Origin: Deltaproteobacteria bacterium UBA4796
GTDB lineage: Bacteria > Desulfobacterota > Syntrophorhabdia > Syntrophorhabdales > Syntrophorhabdaceae
Reading direction: 5' to 3'
DNA: 56,608 nucleotides
NCBI GenBank assembly: GCA_002402795.1
Contig: DHGO01000123.1
Coordinates: 1-56,608 of the forward strand
Shown here: positions 16,453 through 25,368 of the stretch, in pieces
Layout of the letters: each line of letters opens with the position of its first letter
Numbering within the stretch: position 1 is the stretch's first letter
Notes under the pieces: generated by a model
Told to the model about the DNA's origin: nothing
The model's database searches: none
The model's input: the letters and a program-made list of their open reading frames with translations, nothing else
Made by a program: the position numbers and the translations under genes

Positions 16453-17524
16453 TGCCTTTTATTACGTGTTCCTCCGGTGCTGCAAAGGAGATACGTACAT
16501 TTGATTTTTTCCGTGAAAAGATACTTCCCGGAATGATAAATAGATTCTTCTCCAAGGCTTTTTCTACAAAGGTATCACCATCACCATCAGGCACTTCTGG
16601 AAAGATAAAAAATGCACCCCTTGGCTTTACAACCCTGAATTTGTCTTTCAAGCCTTCGTAAATAAGGTCTCTCTTCCTTTTGTATCCCTCAATGAGAGGG
16701 GCAGTGCTGTAGTCAAGGGCAAAGAGCGCTGCCTTCTGGCCAATGGAGTTGATGCTGCTGAACACATATTGCTGCATGGTAACCATAGTCTGAATAATCT
16801 CTTTGGGCCCTGCAACAAAACCAACCCTCCAGCCTGTCATTGCCCAGGTTTTTGAAAAACCACCAATTGTAAGGGTTCTGTCATAGAGCTGTCCCATATA
16901 AACCCTTTCTTCACCGTCCTCATACATAAAGCGGTCATAGACATCATCAGAGAATACGAGCAGGTTCTTTTCCCTTGCCACCCTTGCAACCATTTCCATT
17001 TCCTTGCGAGAGTACACAATACCTGTGGGATTATTCGGGCTATTAATAAGAATTACCCTCGTCTTATCAGTGATTACCTCCCGTAATTTCTCCTCTTTTA
17101 AAGTAAACGCTGGATAGGTATCTACAAATACCGGTTTTCCACCAAGGAGAAGCACCTGATATTCATAGAGCACAAAGTATGGGTCAGGAATTATCACCTC
17201 GTCCATGGGATCCATGGTCACCATAAGGGCGAGCAGTATACCACCCGTTGCGCCTGCCGTGATAATGACATCCTCACATATGATACCCATTGATTGAAGG
17301 TCATGGAGGAGCCTCTCTCGCAAGGGCATGATACCGCCTGAAGGGGTATACTTATTGAATCCTGCGCGAATCCATTTTATGCCCTCCTCCTTGATAGGGT
17401 CAGGTATATCAAAGTCAGGTTCTCCTATACTCAGATTGATAGGATTCTGTACCTTCCGGGCAAGGTCAAAGATCTTTCTCACGCCTGAAGGTTTTATATT
17501 CTTTACCCTTTCTGAGAGGAACAT
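16427..17524 (-). CDS. class I/II PLP aminotransferase (aspartate/aromatic type)
   Basis: IKPSGVRKIF N-terminus, NPTG, and GFSKTWAMTGWRVGF with the PLP lysine. ATG at 17524 has GGAGG 5 nt upstream. The track start at 17536 is a TTG too close to the RBS. Confidence 0.75.
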   Translation of the reverse strand: MFLSERVKNIKPSGVRKIFDLARKVQNPINLSIGEPDFDIPDPIKEEGIKWIRAGFNKYTPSGGIMPLRERLLHDLQSMGIICEDVIITAGATGGILLALMVTMDPMDEVIIPDPYFVLYEYQVLLLGGKPVFVDTYPAFTLKEEKLREVITDKTRVILINSPNNPTGIVYSRKEMEMVARVAREKNLLVFSDDVYDRFMYEDGEERVYMGQLYDRTLTIGGFSKTWAMTGWRVGFVAGPKEIIQTMVTMQQYVFSSINSIGQKAALFALDYSTAPLIEGYKRKRDLIYEGLKDKFRVVKPRGAFFIFPEVPDGDGDTFVEKALEKNLFIIPGSIFSRKKSNVRISFAAPEEHVIKGIEILRSMV

Positions 17525-17722
17525 GCATGCCTCCAATTATCCATAATGCCTCTGTTTCTTTATAAATACATCAACGATATACTATCAAACATTTTTTTGT
17601 CAAGCTATTTCGCCCTGTTACTCCTCATTAAATTTTAACAAAGAAACAGCAAAAAATATAATTCCACTTGACTTTTAGACGTTCCTTCTGTTACAAAAAC
17701 AGCAAAAAAATAGGAGAATAAT

Positions 17723-18859
17723 ATGCAAAAACGTTATCTTCTTGCACCAGGTCCAACCCAGATACCACCTGAAGTACTGCTTGCTATGGCAGCGCCTATA
17801 ATCCATCACAGGAATCCGCTTTTTGAAGCGATTGTGGAAGAGGTTCGTGGTGGTTTGAAGTACCTCTTCGGTACCAAAAATGAGGTTCTTATCTTTGCCT
17901 CATCAGGTACAGGAGCCATGGAAGGCGCTATAACAAATGTTCTATCTCCAGGAGATAAAGCCATTGTAGTAAGGGCAGGAAAGTTCGGTGAAAGATGGGC
18001 AAATATATGTAAGGCTTATGGTGTGGAGACTATACCTATTGATATCCCCTGGGGCGATAACCTCGATCCTGCTATCATTGAGAAGACCATTAAAGCGAAT
18101 CCTGGTGTAAAGGCTGTCTATACCCAGGCAACAGAGACTTCAACAGGTGCCCGCTTCCCCATCAAAGAGATTGCAGAAATTGTTCAGTCCTATCCTGAAA
18201 CCCTCATGGTTGTCGATGGCATAACAGGTATAGGCGTCTTTGAACTTCCTATGGACGCATGGGGTATTGACATTCTCGTTGGAGGTTCCCAGAAAGCACT
18301 TATGCTTCCTCCAGGTCTTGCCTTTGCAGGCGTAAGCGACAAAGCCTGGGAATTTACAAAGACATCGAAGATTCCCAGATTCTACTTTAACTGGACAAAA
18401 GAGCTTGATAACCTCTTCAAAAATCAGACTAATTTTACTCCTGCCGTCTCTCTTATAGTAGGCTTGCGTGAGTCTTTGCGTATGATCAAACAGGAGGGGC
18501 TTGAGAATGTATATAAACGCATCGATAGTCTTGCCAGGGCAACAAGGGAAGGTGCAATTGCATTGGGTCTTCAGATCTTTGCCAGGAACCCGAGCCCGGC
18601 AGTCACTGCCATATATGCACCACCGGGCATTGATGGTCAGAAGATTTATAAGACTATGTGGCAGAAGTACGGTGTCACAGGTGCTGGAGGTCAGGACCAG
18701 CTCAAGGGAAAGGTCTTCAGGATTGCTACCTTAGGCTATGCAGATAATTACGATGTCATAACTGCTATCGCTGCCCTTGAATTTACACTCAAAGATTTAG
18801 GTTATTCATTCTCCATGGGTAGCGGCGTTGCCGCAGCAATTAAGGCACTAAAAGAATAA
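17723..18859 (+). CDS. class V PLP aminotransferase (phosphoserine/serine-glyoxylate type)
   Basis: 378 aa with GGSQKALMLPPGL carrying the PLP lysine. Lies directly upstream of serA, which suggests the phosphoserine aminotransferase role. Confidence 0.7.
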   Translation: MQKRYLLAPGPTQIPPEVLLAMAAPIIHHRNPLFEAIVEEVRGGLKYLFGTKNEVLIFASSGTGAMEGAITNVLSPGDKAIVVRAGKFGERWANICKAYGVETIPIDIPWGDNLDPAIIEKTIKANPGVKAVYTQATETSTGARFPIKEIAEIVQSYPETLMVVDGITGIGVFELPMDAWGIDILVGGSQKALMLPPGLAFAGVSDKAWEFTKTSKIPRFYFNWTKELDNLFKNQTNFTPAVSLIVGLRESLRMIKQEGLENVYKRIDSLARATREGAIALGLQIFARNPSPAVTAIYAPPGIDGQKIYKTMWQKYGVTGAGGQDQLKGKVFRIATLGYADNYDVITAIAALEFTLKDLGYSFSMGSGVAAAIKALKE

Positions 18860-18870
18860 AGAGGTGAATA

Positions 18871-20451
18871 ATGAAGATACTTATTGCTGACCAGCTCTCA
18901 GATAAGGCAGTTAATATCCTAACAACCCAGGGATTTACAGTGGATATTAAAACAGGTCTTTCCCCGGATACATTGAAAGAAATCATTGGTACCTATGATG
19001 GCCTCATTGTAAGGAGTGCCACCAAAGTTACAAAGGATATTATTAATAAGGCAGATAACCTCAAGGTCATTGGAAGGGCAGGTATTGGTGTAGATAATGT
19101 GGATGTGGTAGCTGCAACAGAGAAGGGTATTATTGTTATGAATACACCCCAGGGAAATGCCCTTGCTGCAGCAGAACATACCCTTGCCTTAATGTTTGCT
19201 GCTGCCCGAAAGATTGCCATTGCAGACAGAACCATGAAAGAAGGTAAGTGGGAGAAAAAGGCATTCGTGGGCATTGAAATCTATGAGAAGGCTTTAGGTG
19301 TTATTGGTATTGGGAATATAGGCTTAATAGTTGCAGAAAAGGCTCTTGCCCTTGGCATGCAGGTCATTGCCTATGATCCCTACATACCCCGGGACTTTGC
19401 CGAAAGGAAAGGTATAACCCTCGTTGATTTTGATACCCTCCTGAAGGAGAGTGATTTTATCACCATCCATGTTCCCCTTGTAAAGGATACGAGAAACCTG
19501 ATCAATAAAGATGCTCTTGATAAAATGAAGAAGGGCGTCATTATTATTAATGCAGCGAGAGGTCCTATTGTGAATGAGAAGGATCTCTATGAGGCGCTGG
19601 AATCTGGTCAGGTTGCGTGTGCTGCCCTTGATGTCTTTGAACAGGAACCCCCTCCAAAGGACAACCCGCTCATCTTATCTGATAAGACCGTATGTACACC
19701 ACACCTCGGTGCATCCACAAGGGAAGCCCAGGATAAGGTTGCTATTGATATTGCCAATCAGATGGTAGATTTCTTTGTGAATGGCGTTATAAAGAATAGT
19801 GTTAATGCCCCTTCAGTATCAAAAGAGGTGGCACGAAAAATCAAACCCTATCTCTCTCTGTCGGAAAAGTTAGGTACCGTTGTTTCTGCTATCAGTGATT
19901 TTCCAGTCGAGGAAATAGATATACAATACATGGGTGGAATCTCTGAAACAGATACCCGCGTACTCACCCAGGCAATCATAAAGAGCGTTCTTTCCCAGAG
20001 AATGGAGGGCATCAACTATGTGAATGCCCCTGCCGTTGCCAAAAGTAGAGAGATAAAGGTAAAAGAGACAAAGATGGACGAACATGAAGATTTTACTTCC
20101 CTGCTTACCATTACCTTACGGGGTGGTGGAAATGAGAATACTGTATACGGAACGCTCTTTGGGAAAAAGGAGCCAAGACTTGTCAAAATAAAAAATATTT
20201 TCCTTGAGGCAGATTTAGGGGAACATATGCTTTTTGTCTACAACTATGACAAACCTGGTGTCATTGCAGGTATTTCCAATGTCTTCTTCTTAAAAGGTAT
20301 AAACATAGGTGATATGCACTTTGGAAGGGAGAGTGCTGGTGGTCTTGCCATTTCCCTACTTGAAGTGGATGTAAAGATAGATGATAGTATTATAAAGGAG
20401 ATTCAGGGGCTTCCAAATATTATCAGTGCCAAGAAGATTGACCTGCCTTAA
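18871..20451 (+). CDS. serA: D-3-phosphoglycerate dehydrogenase with C-terminal regulatory (ACT-type) extension
   Basis: 526 aa. GVIGIGNIGLIVA NAD fold, 2-hydroxyacid dehydrogenase core (PHLGAST), long C-terminal domain. Confidence 0.8.
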   Translation: MKILIADQLSDKAVNILTTQGFTVDIKTGLSPDTLKEIIGTYDGLIVRSATKVTKDIINKADNLKVIGRAGIGVDNVDVVAATEKGIIVMNTPQGNALAAAEHTLALMFAAARKIAIADRTMKEGKWEKKAFVGIEIYEKALGVIGIGNIGLIVAEKALALGMQVIAYDPYIPRDFAERKGITLVDFDTLLKESDFITIHVPLVKDTRNLINKDALDKMKKGVIIINAARGPIVNEKDLYEALESGQVACAALDVFEQEPPPKDNPLILSDKTVCTPHLGASTREAQDKVAIDIANQMVDFFVNGVIKNSVNAPSVSKEVARKIKPYLSLSEKLGTVVSAISDFPVEEIDIQYMGGISETDTRVLTQAIIKSVLSQRMEGINYVNAPAVAKSREIKVKETKMDEHEDFTSLLTITLRGGGNENTVYGTLFGKKEPRLVKIKNIFLEADLGEHMLFVYNYDKPGVIAGISNVFFLKGINIGDMHFGRESAGGLAISLLEVDVKIDDSIIKEIQGLPNIISAKKIDLP

Positions 20452-20561
20452 ACAGATTTTACGCTAAGTTTTTTGAGCCCTTTTGTTCATAACCATTATT
20501 CATGAATGAGGGGCTCATTTACTATTGACACATGATAGCTTTCCTATTATAAAAAGAGTAT

Positions 20562-20647
20562 GCCTGGGTGGCGGAATAGGCAGACGCAAGGGACTTAAAA
20601 TCCCTCGGGGCGCAAGCTCTGTACGAGTTCGATTCTCGTCCCAGGCA
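20562..20647 (+). tRNA. tRNA-Leu (anticodon UAA)
   Basis: Acceptor GCCTGGG/CCCAGGC. Anticodon stem AGGGA/TCCCT with loop CTTAAAA. Long variable arm. T-arm ACGAG-TTCGATT-CTCGT. No encoded CCA. Confidence 0.9.
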
Positions 20648-20692
20648 TTTGGATATACAGTTCAGGCCTGCTCCGAAGGATGTAAATGAGGG

Positions 20693-20697
20693 AGTGG
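20693..20697. repeat. 5-bp target-site duplication AGTGG (right-end copy)
   Basis: AGTGG directly abuts the terminal inverted repeat at 20698. An identical AGTGG abuts the other end at 56584-56588. Confidence 0.7.
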
Positions 20698-20703
20698 TAT
20701 AAC

Positions 20704-20770
20704 TTAACACCTAATTTGAGAAAAAGTAACAGGAGTTTGAGAAAAAGTTAACAGGTAGTTTGAGAAATTT
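20704..20770. promoter_or_regulatory. right-end transposase-binding repeats (three contiguous sites)
   Basis: TTAACACCTAATTTGAGAAAAAG / TAACAGGAGTTTGAGAAAAAG / TTAACAGGTAGTTTGAGAAATTT in direct tandem. The innermost site overlaps the RT stop codon. Confidence 0.7.
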
Positions 20771-21803
20771 TACCGCTCAAAATTAGGTATTTCAAACACA
20801 GATTTGCTCCTCTTTTTACATTAGCATGTTGACAGTGTCCCAACCATGATGATAATGAGCATCTTACATCGGAAAGATTAATTAATCCCTCTTTATATGC
20901 CTTTGAAAACCTTTTAAAACGCTTTGTGGCGCGAATAAGACTGCTCTTTCGTAAAAGTATATTATTATGCCATATTCTATAGCCCAGAAAATCAATACCT
21001 CGACTCACAGGGTAGATATCGCTCTTAGGGTTAAGGTTGAGCTTAAGATGACTGTTCAGAAACAGAGATATTTCTCTTTTAAGACGGTGCAGTTCTTTAT
21101 GATCTCCATTAAATATAAGAAAATCATCCATATATCTGATGTAATATTTCACCTTTAAAACATGTTTTATGTATTGATCCAGCTCATTCAAATAAAGATT
21201 GGCGCCCCACTGGGAGATTAGATTACCAATGGGCATGTTCTTTGATTCAGGATCGTCCCTATCAAACGTATTATTAAAAACAATCCGATTAAAGAGCCAC
21301 ATGGTTTCTTTACATTTTATTTTTTGAGCGATGATCCGTAGCATTATATGATGGTTAATGGAAGGAAAAAATTTTGTTACATCGCATTTTAAACAATAGA
21401 CCTTCCCCCATTCTTGCTGTGACCTTCTCAGAAATTCAACGGTTCTCGTGACTCCCGCATGGGTACCCTTATTTATTCTACATGCGTATGAGTCATAAAT
21501 AAAGAAGCTATTCCAAATTGGCTCCACGATGTTCATGATTGCATGATGGACTATCCGGTCTTTAATTGGTGATACATAAATAATCCTTTTTTTCGGCTCG
21601 TAGAGGGTAAATGTCCGGTATGGACTCGGGGTATAAGTTTTATTAATCAGCTCCCCTTGAAGGTTAATTAAGTTTTCTTCCAGGGCATCCTTATATTGAA
21701 GGATATCTCCGTAGTACCGTCTGCCCTTTGAAACCTTATAAAGGGCAAGGTTAAGGTTCTCTAAATCACAAATCTTTTCATATAGGTTACCATATCTCCT
21801 CAT
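20748..21803 (-). CDS. DGR reverse transcriptase
   Basis: 351 aa with a YMDD box (YIRYMDDFLIF) and the DGR-type motif PIGNLISQWGANLY ([LIV]GxxxSQ). Lies directly downstream of the TR. Confidence 0.9.
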   Translation of the reverse strand: MRRYGNLYEKICDLENLNLALYKVSKGRRYYGDILQYKDALEENLINLQGELINKTYTPSPYRTFTLYEPKKRIIYVSPIKDRIVHHAIMNIVEPIWNSFFIYDSYACRINKGTHAGVTRTVEFLRRSQQEWGKVYCLKCDVTKFFPSINHHIMLRIIAQKIKCKETMWLFNRIVFNNTFDRDDPESKNMPIGNLISQWGANLYLNELDQYIKHVLKVKYYIRYMDDFLIFNGDHKELHRLKREISLFLNSHLKLNLNPKSDIYPVSRGIDFLGYRIWHNNILLRKSSLIRATKRFKRFSKAYKEGLINLSDVRCSLSSWLGHCQHANVKRGANLCLKYLILSGKISQTTC

Positions 21804-21965
21804 TATATTGCCGCCGCTCCAGATGGCTTTCGGGACTCCCTACTAACCACCTGGGCAGCATTTTTATTTTTGCCGATCCATGCGGATGCGACAAGGATCA
21901 TAACCTGTACAGATTATGGACTGTCTTAATAGGCAATGCCTATTAAGCTTCTCCCGATATCTGTG

Positions 21966-22066
21966 CTGCGCGGGCACCGATGTTCCAGTTGTAGTTCGAC
22001 GGCGTGTTGTTCAAGTTCAACGCGCCAGGGCATTGAGCACCGTTGTTACAGTTGCCCCCGCGAAGG
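21966..22066 (-). repeat. DGR template repeat (TR)
   Basis: 101 bp, 87/101 identical to 23496-23596. The coding strand holds 24 adenines, including 9 AAC codons when read in the VR frame. Lies 8 bp downstream of the avd stop. Confidence 0.9.
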
Positions 22067-22073
22067 TTTCCAG

Positions 22074-22418
22074 CTATGACCCTGAAATCTTCTTGATCCA
22101 TCCACCCACCATCTTGCCCAGCTCGATAACCATTTTCTCCCAGTTTTCGTATTTATTAAAGGGGAGAAATCCCAGTTCCTTTGCCAGGCGTATCTTTGTC
22201 TTTAAGTGAGCGATCTCGATATCCAAATCCTGTAGGGTTGTTTTTTTAAAATATTTCTTTTGCGACCTGATTATCAGCTTATCGATCTCGTACATTGTGA
22301 GGCGTATCTCTGCCGATAGGGTATGCCGCTCACTTTTTGGGAACTGCTTTAGGCAGATATACCCATATTTCATCATGTCTTCATGTTTTTGTTTAACAAT
22401 AAGCGGTTCCATACCCAT
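22074..22418 (-). CDS. avd: Avd-like DGR accessory protein (four-helix-bundle family)
   Basis: 114 aa, helical and basic, with the FPKSERHTLSAEIR motif typical of the Avd / 23S-rRNA-IVS protein family. Located between target and TR. Confidence 0.75.
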   Translation of the reverse strand: MGMEPLIVKQKHEDMMKYGYICLKQFPKSERHTLSAEIRLTMYEIDKLIIRSQKKYFKKTTLQDLDIEIAHLKTKIRLAKELGFLPFNKYENWEKMVIELGKMVGGWIKKISGS

Positions 22419-22456
22419 TGATTATTAGCACCGACAAAAGAGAGCTGTCAAGTTAT

Positions 22457-23236
22457 TTAAGTATTTTTTGGGGTAAAATTCATGATCAGGAGTTCGGTAG
22501 CTCTGACCTTATTGCTTGCACCCGCGCATGAATATGTAGTAGTGACCTCTTCGATGGCAAATTCTTTGTAAGTCTCCCTGATTTCAGGTGTATCGTTAAT
22601 GGACATGATAAATTTACCCTGAATGGCATTTAGAATATTTCTAAGCTTAGCAAAATCATCTCTATGAAAAATTCCCTTACCATACCAATCCTCGCGTTTA
22701 TAATAGGGAGGGTCGAGGTAGAAAAAGGTGTGTGAGCGGTCAAAACGTTCAATAAATTTTTCATAACGCATATTTTCTATGTAGACCCTGGAGAGTCTTA
22801 GATGTGCCGCTGAAAGTTCCTCTTCAACCCGGAGAAGATTGAAATTCGAACGTCTGGTGGTGTTAATAGAAAACGAGAAGTTGTCGATCCGGCTGGAATA
22901 GCCATTTTTGAGCAAGTAGTAAAACCTTACGGCTTTTTGGATGTCAGTGAGCGAGTCAGGATTTTCGACTTTAAAGCGTTCAAATTCATCTCTGGCCACG
23001 AGGATCCACTTTAAGTAACGAATGAACTCCTCAAGATGATTTTTTATTACCCGATAGAGGGTAACCAGATTAGAATTAATGTCATTAATGGTCTCAATTT
23101 CCGATTCTTCCTTTTTGAAGAGGAGCCAGGCAGCGCCGGCAAAAACTTCACAATAGCATGTGTGCTGCGGCACAAGCGGGATAATTTTGTTTGCCAGTAA
23201 TGATTTCCCCCCGAGATAACTTAAAAAACTTTTCAT
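22457..23236 (-). CDS. dam: Dam-family N6-adenine DNA methyltransferase
   Basis: Starts MKSFLSYLGGKSLLANKI... with AAGGAGGG upstream. EVFAGAAWL (AdoMet motif I) and the DPPY catalytic motif. The 40-codon track extension to 23356 is unlikely. Confidence 0.8.
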   Translation of the reverse strand: MKSFLSYLGGKSLLANKIIPLVPQHTCYCEVFAGAAWLLFKKEESEIETINDINSNLVTLYRVIKNHLEEFIRYLKWILVARDEFERFKVENPDSLTDIQKAVRFYYLLKNGYSSRIDNFSFSINTTRRSNFNLLRVEEELSAAHLRLSRVYIENMRYEKFIERFDRSHTFFYLDPPYYKREDWYGKGIFHRDDFAKLRNILNAIQGKFIMSINDTPEIRETYKEFAIEEVTTTYSCAGASNKVRATELLIMNFTPKNT

Positions 23237-23433
23237 GGAAAACCCTCCTTCGTTACATTGATTTTGTGGGATTTTCTTGCTACACTTTAGCTGCCCAGAT
23301 CTCGGTCGGGGAATAGGCGGCGGATGGTAGCGGGTTATCCCGTCATCTCGTAGCATGGGATGGTTAAGGGAGGGCTTTCTCCCTGAACTACTGTCCGCTG
23401 GTCTTTAACTAATCTATATCATGTATGCTCACC

Positions 23434-23465
23434 CCTGACCCCCACCCTTTCGGGCGGGGGTCAGG
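23434..23465 (-). promoter_or_regulatory. GC-rich hairpin downstream of VR (DGR target-recognition hairpin and/or terminator)
   Basis: CCTGACCCCCACCC-TTTC-GGGCGGGGGTCAGG: 13 bp plus one A.C mismatch. The loop is GAAA on the coding strand. Lies 17 nt after the target stop codon. Confidence 0.7.
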
Positions 23466-23481
23466 TTTCAGTTACCAGGGC

Positions 23482-24786
23482 TCAGGGTACAAGTACTGCG
23501 CGGGCACCGATGTACCAGGCGTAGTCCGAGGGCGCGTTGATCAAGGCCAACGCGCCAGGGCACCGAGCACCGGAGTCACAGTTGCCCCCGCGAAGGGATA
23601 TTCTTTCATCGGTAGCGACATACCAAAACCCCTGACCATCGAATCCTCCTTGACCAGAGGGCACAGTGCTTGCAGGGATTCCATGTTTTTTTAGCAGGTT
23701 TTCAGTGCGTAGAGATGCCACGCTTTGCCCTGATGTAACACCATCGACAGTCAGTCCTGTATCTACGAATGATGCATGTCCGTATCCATCTGTTGGATCT
23801 GTAAAAGGATTTACTGTTTTCAAGGCAGTATATATACCATTGGCATTCAATCTCAATCCGTCAGCAAATTCCCATCGGTTTCCACAAAAATCGCTTACAG
23901 GAATTTCCCATAGTTTGCTCCCCCCACCTGCAAGGGAGCCACCCCAAGCAGCGTCCAGCGTGGGGTCTTTTAGCCCTATATCGTTAGGGTCAAGATGCCA
24001 CTGCGGGATATGGTTAGAGGCATTGTAACCATTGGTGTTGCCTCTCAATAGCCAACGATTGATACGTGTCCACAGCCACAACTCATTCCAGTGTGCGTCA
24101 GTCATCAATCCACCTTTGCCTGCCCAACCTTCATAAGCCGCTCCTTGTCCTAAATGCAAAAATCCACCTTTATCAAAACGGGACTTTAGATATTGTCTGA
24201 AATGAGCGATTGTCTGGGCTACCCTCGGCACTTTCAAGGGCTGGCTAATATAACATTTTCTTCCTGTGTCACTCCCATTGCATACATCCCCAGCAGCTAT
24301 CATTGTAGCATTACTGCTTGAGCATAGATACATGTCAACCCAATACCCTCCCATCTCATTCTCCCATAAGACAGAAGAGTGTTCCCAATGAGTAGGAGTA
24401 TCACCTGTAGCTATAAAGCACTGTCCAGAGGCATTTTGTGGCGCACCTACATTTGTGAAGTCATCATCAGCTTTAAGTTCCTCAATCCTATAATGCCTGC
24501 CAACAGTAAGTGCCCCTGATGTCAAGCGTAGCCTTTTTCCAAGAACCTCATAATCTGTGTTTTCTGTCCATCCAGTTTGAATCTGTTCAGGATGGAAGAA
24601 GTCCCCTACCGTGCCTGATGGAGTAGCAACTTTTGCATTATCAGTCAATGCCCTACAAGCAGTGAATGGGGGTATCCACTTCATGTAGGAATAGAAGCCG
24701 TCTACGTCAACGAAAATACCGATAAAGGTATCAAACTTACTCATCTGCTCTCTTATCCATAAGCTATTTCTTTTAACTATTGCCAT
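23482..24786 (-). CDS. DGR target: receptor-binding / tail-fibre protein with C-terminal variable region
   Basis: 434 aa. The C-terminus LRGGNCDSGARCPGALALINAPSDYAWYIGARAVLVP is encoded by VR. The gene lies at the distal end of the tail module. Confidence 0.8.
   Translation of the reverse strand: MAIVKRNSLWIREQMSKFDTFIGIFVDVDGFYSYMKWIPPFTACRALTDNAKVATPSGTVGDFFHPEQIQTGWTENTDYEVLGKRLRLTSGALTVGRHYRIEELKADDDFTNVGAPQNASGQCFIATGDTPTHWEHSSVLWENEMGGYWVDMYLCSSSNATMIAAGDVCNGSDTGRKCYISQPLKVPRVAQTIAHFRQYLKSRFDKGGFLHLGQGAAYEGWAGKGGLMTDAHWNELWLWTRINRWLLRGNTNGYNASNHIPQWHLDPNDIGLKDPTLDAAWGGSLAGGGSKLWEIPVSDFCGNRWEFADGLRLNANGIYTALKTVNPFTDPTDGYGHASFVDTGLTVDGVTSGQSVASLRTENLLKKHGIPASTVPSGQGGFDGQGFWYVATDERISLRGGNCDSGARCPGALALINAPSDYAWYIGARAVLVP
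23496..23596 (-). repeat. DGR variable repeat (VR)
   Basis: Lies at the 3' end of the target gene, ending 14 nt before its stop. Differs from TR at 14 positions, 13 of which are TR adenines. Confidence 0.9.
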
Positions 24787-24788
24787 GT

Positions 24789-25049
24789 CTATGCCTCCTT
24801 ATATTCTTCTAAATCAATCAAAACTGCCTCTATTTGATTTTCAGGTATGCAAAAAGACAGCCAATCTTCGTTTGCATACTCGCCTATAAATTTATCTGTT
24901 TTTTTATACTCTTCAGGCACGAGGCATACCTTTATGGGCTGGCATACTTTCAGTTCAAAAAATCCATTCAATTCAGAATCCCTCGTAATAACAGGAGCGT
25001 CTTGATTACATTTCTTCAATTTTTCTATCAAGTCTTTTACCTTCATCAT
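24789..25049 (-). CDS. hypothetical phage protein
   Basis: 86-aa ORF tightly packed between the tail genes and the DGR target. Confidence 0.5.
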   Translation of the reverse strand: MMKVKDLIEKLKKCNQDAPVITRDSELNGFFELKVCQPIKVCLVPEEYKKTDKFIGEYANEDWLSFCIPENQIEAVLIDLEEYKEA

Positions 25050-25357
25050 GCCTCCTTTGGTAAATCAAAATATCTTATTTTTATTTTATTTAAATCCAAC
25101 GGTTCAGGTTCGCTTCTAATCTCTTCACCTGATTTTTCATTAATGTTAATATCAGCTTTAGGATAAGGGATTTCCATCTCGCATAGATGCCAATAACAGT
25201 CATACATGGGGTTCACAACCAGTTTTAAATCATTATCAAGATATATCCGCACCATCTGACCTTGATATAACGATAAGTCAATTTCCTGTGCAGAAACTAT
25301 GCCCTTCTCACATTCAAATCCATCAAGTTGCAATTTAGAGCCACTTAATTTAAGCAT
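25046..25357 (-). CDS. hypothetical phage protein
   Basis: 103-aa ORF with a 4-nt overlap with the downstream ORF. Confidence 0.5.
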   Translation of the reverse strand: MLKLSGSKLQLDGFECEKGIVSAQEIDLSLYQGQMVRIYLDNDLKLVVNPMYDCYWHLCEMEIPYPKADININEKSGEEIRSEPEPLDLNKIKIRYFDLPKEA

Positions 25358-25368
25358 TTATACCCCCT

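Noticed and set aside
20465-20520. Intrinsic terminator after serA
   Set aside because: Only a 7-bp stem (TGAGCCC/GGGCTCA) closing a loop of about 30 nt, with a weak T-run. Too weak to call.
20562-20698. tRNA-Leu as the attachment site of an integrase-type prophage or island
   Set aside because: No tyrosine or serine integrase is encoded, and no repeat of the tRNA 3' end occurs at the far junction. The element has Mu-type ends, a DDE transposase and a 5-bp duplication 46 bp past the tRNA. The proximity looks coincidental.
20522-20710. 62-aa minus-strand ORF
   Set aside because: It runs antisense through the tRNA-Leu gene and across the prophage junction, so it is spurious.
20748-21803. Reverse transcriptase as a retron, group II intron or abortive-infection RT
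   Set aside because: It lies next to an Avd-like gene and an adenine-biased TR/VR pair, and it carries the DGR-type IGNLISQ motif. I could find no msr/msd-like inverted repeats, intron RNA domains or maturase/endonuclease extension.
22000-22000. Single non-adenine TR/VR mismatch (plus-strand C in TR vs G at 23530) as evidence against a DGR
   Set aside because: It is a lone synonymous change (Pro CCG vs CCC) against 13 adenine-site changes. Ordinary drift in one copy accounts for it.
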